Of a stretch of 64,000 nt of DNA, positions 57,401 through 64,000 are shown piece after piece. The notes under the pieces were generated by a model that had not been told where the DNA came from, searched no databases, and saw only the letters and a program-made list of their open reading frames with translations. Origin of the DNA: Amoebophrya sp. A120 (Eukaryota; Protista; Dinoflagellata); assembly GCA_905178155.1 (NCBI GenBank), contig CAJINV010000006.1, positions 2,768,658 through 2,832,657 on the forward strand, in the 5' to 3' direction. Each line of letters starts with the position of its first letter. Position 1 is the stretch's first letter. A program made the translations under genes and the position numbers.

Positions 57401-60400
57401 TCAGCCCGAAGCTACAAATGTCCACGACCAGGAGAAGCAGCAGCAGTGCCTCCAATTCGCCATCCAAAGTCCTCGTTTCCCAGCACTCGCACATCTCCGC
57501 CTTCCATTTACAAAAGGAAAGCGCCATACTTTCGATCGAAAATAACTTGATGCCCAGGCGGAGTACTAGAGGGGGTAGTTTCAATACTTCCGGAGATCAA
57601 CGTGGGTACTACATGGACGATGCCAGCTACCGTGCCGATTCCTCCCCGTCTTCCAAGTTGCAACTTCCGGCGAAACGCATGTCCATCCACGAAGAGCTGC
57701 AATCCGTGGCCTCTTCCCATCCGAACTCCCCGACCCGGCGCCGCGCAGTTTCGCAGAGCAGCGGCGGTGGGCGGAGTGGGACCCAGTCCGCGAGCCAAAG
57801 TCCGAAACGCGAGCCGAATTTTATCAAGAAAGCGACCGAGGCGTGGCGGCACAGACTGCTAGCGGCCGAAGCCGAAGAACCGAAATACTACCACGAGGAC
57901 CTAAAATTGAAAACGCGGAACATGTCTTTTGACAACAACAGTATGATCCGTCCCTCGCTGTTGCGCGAACCGGAGCGGCGGAGTTCCGCGATGGCAGATA
58001 TCCGAGCCAGGGTGAATATGACAGTGCACAACCCCCCCTCGTTCTTATTTCTCATGCAAAATACCAAATCCACGGTTTCCCTCCTGTCACTATTATGCAT
58101 GACAAGTTCTGGCAGCCCAAATAGCACTACACTCCAGTGCAAGACTGTCATGCAAAAGCGGGACTTCTGCTGCTGCATGTATTGCCGTTCATGCTATACA
58201 AATGAGGGGGAGGGGGAGTTGTGCACTGCCATAGTGAAAAGGAAGAAATTACACGACGAGGCACTGATCGCGCAGATGGGCGGGCGAGGGTCGTTCATGC
58301 CATTGTTTCCCGGCGACAACTATGCGAATGACAGGAGCAGTAGTCCTATGCTGTGCAAAAGTATCGTACTCGTACTAATTGCAGTCGCGCATTACAAATC
58401 TGATTTCCAAGGTCAATCAGCATGACAAATTTCATTTTTCATGCTGAGGAAATTTGTCATGCGGTTTCTACTAGTACGATATTTTTGCAATGCATAAGTC
58501 CTCCACCTGGCGCGGGAGTAGACGACCTGGCCGCCCGAGGAGGTGGGACTGGTATAACGTCCACTCGAGGAGCCGCGTCTACTTCTTCGAGAAGCCCCAC
58601 GACGACCGGAGTCGGTGTGCAACCTCTATCCGCGGATAACCGAGTTGGTTTGAACTCCAGCACGAATGTCTTGCTCCCATCAGAAAGCGACGCAACCATC
58701 GCGGAACAGATGCGGCAATACCAGCAAGTTTTGGAGAATAACAAACTGAATTTACAACTGCAGAGTCAGCAGCAGCAGGTCGCCGGCGTGGTGCAACGGG
58801 GGCAGCAGCAGCAGGTACTATTGCAGCAGCAGCCGCCAGTCATATTTCCGAACAGCGCGCGCTCAACATATTCCTCTTCCGGAATCTACTCTAGCCGGAC
58901 ACCGGCAGGAACTACAGGTGGCGGAACCAGAGGCGTTTCGGTGGGAGCAGTACCAGCAGCGCGCAGTTTGAATACTTCCAGCGTCGTTGATTCGTCTTTA
59001 TTGCAAGCGAGTTACGACCATGCCTCGAAATACTATACCCCAACCGCGGCGTCATCAGCCAGGGCGAGAAGTGGGGGACGGGTTGGCTCTAATGCGACGG
59101 GGATGCGGAATAGCGGGGCACGAGCGAGTAGCAATATGGAACAGGTAATGTGTAATAGCGACATTGTTTTAAATTCTGCTCCGTTTAGATAGTTCAGCAA
59201 AACTTGCGTCTGTACAGGTTGCACGCAGAAAAGAGGAAAGTGCGAGCACTGTGTCAGGAGCACGCAAAACAGCATTTCGCCGTTTGGGCTTCCGAAGTAG
59301 ATAGAGCTGCAACATGTACACGAGGAAAGATATTAGATCGCTGTGGCATAAGAAGACACTTCTATGGTTGGCCTGCATGACAAATGTACTTGCTCTATGT
59401 ATTTTCTGCATTACAGATTTCATACTTTCAAATTTTTCTTTTCCCATAGGTCCTCCTGCAAGCCTTGGACCAAGACCCTGCCGTCGCTGCATCCTTCCTC
59501 CGCGAAGCGCAGGGGAATTCTTCCTCGACCACCCCCCTCGACCAGAAGAAGCTGAACCTGATCCAAGCCCAGATGGCGAAGAACCAGGGCACGCAGAAGT
59601 TCAGACAGGCGCTATCATATGTAAAAACGTACCTACCCCATAGTCAAGATGGGGAATCGGCTAGACAAATCCACAAGCTTTGGCTGTTTCGCATGACAAA
59701 TTTGGACGCGTAGTGTAGTGCTGTTTGAGCTAGTTCAGCAGCATTACAGATCTAGTCTCTCATGCTGATTGGAGCATGACAAATTTCAAAACACCATTAG
59801 AAAATGCTTCTCATGGGGCTCCGTATGAGAAACATTTTAAGCATGCAGATTTGCATGACAGCTATGCTGTGGGGACGTTTTTACACAGGATAAGCGCTGC
59901 AAGGCATTTTGAGAAACCGGTTTCAACTCGTGGTGCGGCGGTTTTACCAGTTCTCTTCCCGCTTCGCGAACGCGAATTGGACGCAATTGCAAACGTTCAT
60001 CAACCAACAAAATGAGGAGTTGACCGTGACGAAATCTCTGAGGAATAACTATCAAAAGGAAAATTCCCTCTCCCCATATCAAAAGGAAGTTTCTGATGCT
60101 GGATTTGTGTACACAAATCAGGTCTGTCTTGCAGTAGAGGACTGCAAGCCCATGCCAAGCCTAAGTAGAAGGGTTTTGACGTAGGCGCGTAGCATGGCAA
60201 ATGTGTACTCTGTAGGCCCCATAGCATCACAAGCCGCCTGCATAATGCGGCGGAGTCGCTGGATTGGCCTTCTTGCAATACAAAGACGATGCGCGTCCAC
60301 AAATCAGCATGTTGACAAATCTTCAGAAGCATCCCTTTTTGGTACAAGGAGGGGGGATTTTTCCTCACGATAATAATGACTTGATTCTGTTCGACCAGTC

Positions 60401-63400
60401 GAAATCGCAGCTTCTCCGTATGACCTGCTCAAACGCTACAAGCATGACAGACTCGCACAGCGTTCCACTTTCTGCAATACAAAGCTCGCCAGATTTTTCC
60501 ATTGCGGATCTTCCGAAGAACTCCAGAACTTGTCATGCGCAATCCTGTGGGAGTAGGGTAGATCATGCTGCTCTTCTTGCATCACAGATTTCCGTATTCT
60601 ATGGTGACCGATTTGAGATTTTTGTAACAGTTGAGCAGGTTATACTCAGGCAGATCTTCCTCCTCACTTTTATCAAAAACATCATGCAGTACGCCCGACG
60701 AAACAGCTTTGCCTACGCGTTTCTGGAAAGGCTAAAGTGGAACAATTTTCTGCTGAAAAAAACCTCCAAACTACAAACGGAAAACTTGAAATTGCAACAC
60801 AAACTGAAGAAGGAGCGAATATCAAATGCAAAAATGCCTGGGTCTGGAAGAGCCAAACTTGCGATGCTGCATTTGGATGCTAAAAAAGCCTGTATTGCAT
60901 GACCAGCAAGAGGATTCAAATTTGGCTACGCGGAGAGGGCATTTGTCATGCTGGATGCGCGGAGATAAGTGCTCAAAAAATTTGTGATGCTATGGCATAC
61001 ATCACAGACATCATGGATCATGGAAAATGTGCATGACAAAGTTGTGCTCTTCCAGACCCAGATATTTTTGCATTTGATAGCGAACGACTGTGGACAACTA
61101 CCTCTCCCAAGTGGATCAGATTGATTCGAAAATCAACAGCTACTTAGCGCAGGACGAAATGCGCTCGACCTTTGCGCACAAATTCGTGTTTCTGCTCGAC
61201 AAAGTGCTCATGCGGAACAAAAACGCGATGGTCTCCTTCGCGTTTGAAAGGCTTTCGTTGAACAACAATTTTTTCCCGGAAGCGACGAAAGCGATGCGGA
61301 GTAGGACGGCCATGTTGAATTCGAATAACACCGCCAGGGGCGCCGGTATCAAAAGGAAAAATTCCCCCTCCCCATATCAAAACGAAGTTTCTGATGCAGG
61401 ATTTGCGTACACAAATCAGATCTGTCTTGCTGGACAGAAATGCAGGCCCATACTAAGCCTAAGTAGAGAGGTTTTGGCCTGGGCGACTAGCATGAGGAAC
61501 GTCCGTGCTGTAGGCCCATCAGCATCACAAACCGCCTGCACAATGCTGCGGAGCTTGTGGAGTTGCCTTCTTGCAAGACAGACGTGATTTGTGGTCTCAA
61601 ATCAGCAACGCAAATGTTCGGAAACATACCTCTTCGATATGGGGAGGGGGGATTTTTCCTCATAATAGCCGGGGCAGCTTCTTCTTTCATGACCGCAACT
61701 ACTTCCGGCGCAGGTGCTGGCGGTGCCGTTCCTTCTAGAGCCACAAGTCCTCCTCCCAATATTTTCGAGAGGACAGGATCAACATCTCCTCCATCGCGAT
61801 ACTCCTCCTCCGCCAAACAAATTACTACAAACCACCAACAGCAGTTCCAATCCAAATACCAGCAATTGGAAATCCAAGCGGCGAATCTGATGAAGATCCG
61901 GTTGAAATACTGCGTGTATTGCAATGAAAAATTCCCCCAACGACCCAGAACCTGGAAGCATCTGTATTGCAAACCTTTCCAAATGAAACACTCGCCGTCT
62001 TGCGTATCTTAGCATCACAAATTTTCCATGCTTAAATAATAGCTCCAATTTGTGTTGCAAAGGAGCCCAACAGTAGCCGGGTCTGTTATGCAAAAGATGC
62101 CTTGCGCACCTAGATTCTGCATCAGAAAGGCTCGTAGTCCTGTCATGCCAGACAAAAATCTTTCATTTGGAAACTCTGCATGAGAAACTTTTGTAAATTG
62201 CGGGGTGGGGGCATTTTTCATTCTGATAGCGTGCGGAGTGATTTCCAGGTGTTCGGGAAGGACTTTCAAACCACAGTGGCGGAGGTGACGGCCGCGGGAG
62301 GGGGTACAATTACCATCGGAACTACTGAAACAAATAAAGACCACAGCAATCAGAGCGGCAGTGCTGCCACGTCGAGGGGTAAAACAAATAGCAGCAGCGC
62401 AGGAGGAGGTGCTTTGACCTGGAACATGCGGCTGACAATCGGGTGTTTGGAAATGCTCATGTACGTGTTGACAACGCTGTTGAAGTCAAAACTACGGTTC
62501 GGCGTGAACCAGCTTTTGAAAAACGCGGTCAGTGGTGGGATAGGAGCGCCGGGGAGCACTATGATGATGATGTCTAATACAACAAGCCGAAGGGAGGTCA
62601 TGAACCACGCGGGCCAACAGCAATATGGCGATGAATTCGAAATGCTAGAAGAGGAGTTGCTAGAAGATGTGACCAGCGCCGCTGAAATGAAAAACAAAAA
62701 CCACCACAGAAAAAATCTCTCCCCCACGACCTCCCCCCCTGGCCGGAGTAGGAGCCCAGCTATAAAAATGCGAGCGCAGGGCAATAGTGGAATTGCCTCT
62801 ACTCAGTTGGGCACCCTTACTCCGGGGAAAAAAGAGCTCCAGCCCCCGCCAGGCTTGCAGATTGAGAAACTCGCACTGCACGTTGGGGCGTCGAAGACGA
62901 ACGAAGAGATTGAAATGTCGGAGAACCTTATCGCAAGGAAAAACTGTTTCACTGTAAACTTGTAATGCAGAAAATGCATCTTAGAAGTGTTTGTCTTGCT
63001 ACACATGCAAGACAATGGGTTTTAGCCGTGTTTTCCCTTAGGAACCTTGCATGGCAAATCTTTTCTGTCATACGGAACAAACTTGTGATGCAAAACTTGC
63101 AAAATCCTTACAGGGAAACACTTTTTTCGTGTGATAAGCCTGAATTTAGTGCGGAATTCCATGAACTTTCGGAACTCTTTCGACGGAGTGCATGTCCCAC
63201 CAGCGGAGGTATTAAATTCAACAAGCAATCCCAACTTCTTCCCTGCAGCACAACAAGACACTTCACTTCCCTTTTTTGAAGACCTCCGCTCTCCACCAGT
63301 CCAACACCGCGAAATGAACAAAACTGCAGCCACGATTACAGCCGTCACCAGCCCGCCGGGACAAACACAAACAAATTCCTACCGGCGGCAGTATGAGCAG

Positions 63401-64000
63401 AAACGGGGCGCGGCGCTGGCGAAGTTGAGTTATGGCTTGCTCAGACGATACAATCTCAAACGTTGCATATATAGGATCTGGAATTTGATGTCTTGCATGA
63501 ACAGCATCAGTACAATACAGAGACTTGGGCTTTTCGCAATACAAATTTCATCAGATTCTCGTGAGGTTTGGAGCTCCGAAACTTGTCATGCGCGCTCCTT
63601 TGGGTGTAGGCCAGATGTTGCGCATTTTGCAACACAAATTCCAGATTCTATTGTAACGTTTGAGATTTTAACACCTGAGCGGGTTATATGAGTCCAACAA
63701 GGGTTCTGAACCGCAACAGCCCGACTTCTCCGGGGAAGATTGAAATTACAGACGGAGACTTTGGCTACGGCAGGCCTAGTGCGGCGGCGAATGAAGGGGT
63801 TGTGGACGATGCGGATGAAATAATCGAAGAGGAATTTCTCATGGAGGAGAGCACACTTGAGCCAGAACTGCAGGCGAAATTCGCCGCGCTGCGAAATGCT
63901 GGGAACAACACAGTAACCAAGCCCGGCACAGCAACAGCATCAGGACCTGCAACCGTGGGCTCAGGTAGTTTAGGCAGAATTCAAATAAAACCACCGTCGC
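54474..64000 (+). CDS. Very large Ser/Thr/Gln-rich protein with helical C-terminal segments (runs off window), 13 introners + 1 GT-AG intron
   Basis: Frame preserved across all junctions. No recognisable catalytic domain. Confidence 0.7.
54629..54837. mobile_element. Introner family G
   Basis: DR CGACA. Confidence 0.9.
56272..56532. mobile_element. Introner family A
   Basis: DR GAAGT. Confidence 0.92.
56637..56944. mobile_element. Introner family I (starts TAC)
   Basis: DR CCGGC. Confidence 0.88.
58017..58233. mobile_element. Introner family E
   Basis: DR GTGAA. Confidence 0.9.
58347..58496. mobile_element. Introner family B
   Basis: DR AGTCC. Confidence 0.9.
59145..59449 (+). other. Canonical GT-AG intron with introner-like relic motifs
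   Basis: CAG|GTAATG...CCATAG|GTC, in the frame required by the next exon. Confidence 0.75.
59613..59892. mobile_element. Introner family C
   Basis: DR GGCGC/AGCGC. Confidence 0.88.
60050..60372. mobile_element. Introner family D
   Basis: DR ATAAC/ATAAT. Confidence 0.9.
60419..60644. mobile_element. Introner family F (reverse orientation)
   Basis: DR CTCCG/CTCAG. Confidence 0.85.
60820..61079. mobile_element. Introner family A
   Basis: DR GCGAA. Confidence 0.9.
61347..61667. mobile_element. Introner family D
   Basis: DR GCCGG. Confidence 0.92.
61917..62228. mobile_element. Introner family H (reverse orientation of 25860)
   Basis: DR GCGTG. Confidence 0.9.
62929..63136. mobile_element. 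Introner family G
   Basis: DR AACCT/AGCCT. Confidence 0.85.
63431..63688. mobile_element. Introner family F
   Basis: DR TGAGT. Confidence 0.9.

Noticed and set aside
130-63688. Recurrent 30-bp repeats resembling a CRISPR array
   Set aside because: The repeats are inverted pairs around conserved cores inside eukaryotic genes, with no regular unique spacers and no cas genes.
1-63700. Many ORF-track peptides with recurring FQTQTFLHLI / KCKNVWVWK / PDPDIFAFD / KNPPSPYQKE
   Set aside because: These are translations of introner TIRs, not a protein repeat family.
1-64000. Stop-codon reassignment or pseudogenisation as the explanation for broken ORFs
   Set aside because: In-frame stops vanish once the elements are removed, and TAA, TAG and TGA all serve as terminators.
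1-64000. Autonomous transposase, tRNA or rRNA genes
   Set aside because: No DDE, RT or tyrosine-recombinase motifs and no structural RNA signatures recognised.

Overview
Eukaryotic genomic DNA, most likely an alveolate. The architecture matches what is known for the parasitic dinoflagellate Amoebophrya (Syndiniales); this assignment is inference. I reconstructed by hand about 11 protein-coding genes, all on the + strand: a HlyIII/PAQR membrane protein, a class I/II aminotransferase, a PRP4-type kinase, two secreted/acidic repeat proteins, RNase H2 subunit C, an unknown protein, a GxGD signal-peptide-peptidase-like protease, an RPA-interacting protein, a cytochrome b5/MAPR protein and a very large low-complexity protein. 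These genes are interrupted by about 80 non-canonical, MITE-like introns (introners, mostly 130-330 bp) and only about 10 GT-AG introns. The introners typically run 5'-TAT...ATA-3', have terminal inverted repeats (TIRs; about 10 families) and sit between 5-bp direct repeats. Removing the element plus one repeat restores the reading frame at all but one of the complete junctions I traced (7896-8179 is the exception). Unrelated families share an internal GCATNACAA motif, often in tandem at 31-bp spacing. Several families occur in both orientations. Other notable features: a duplicated protein domain with filled and empty insertion sites, an 8-nt spacer (3-nt net exon) between two introners, and a (TAA)n-tailed retroelement nested inside an introner. 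Most ORFs in the supplied track are artefacts of reading through introners. All coordinates and counts were done by eye.
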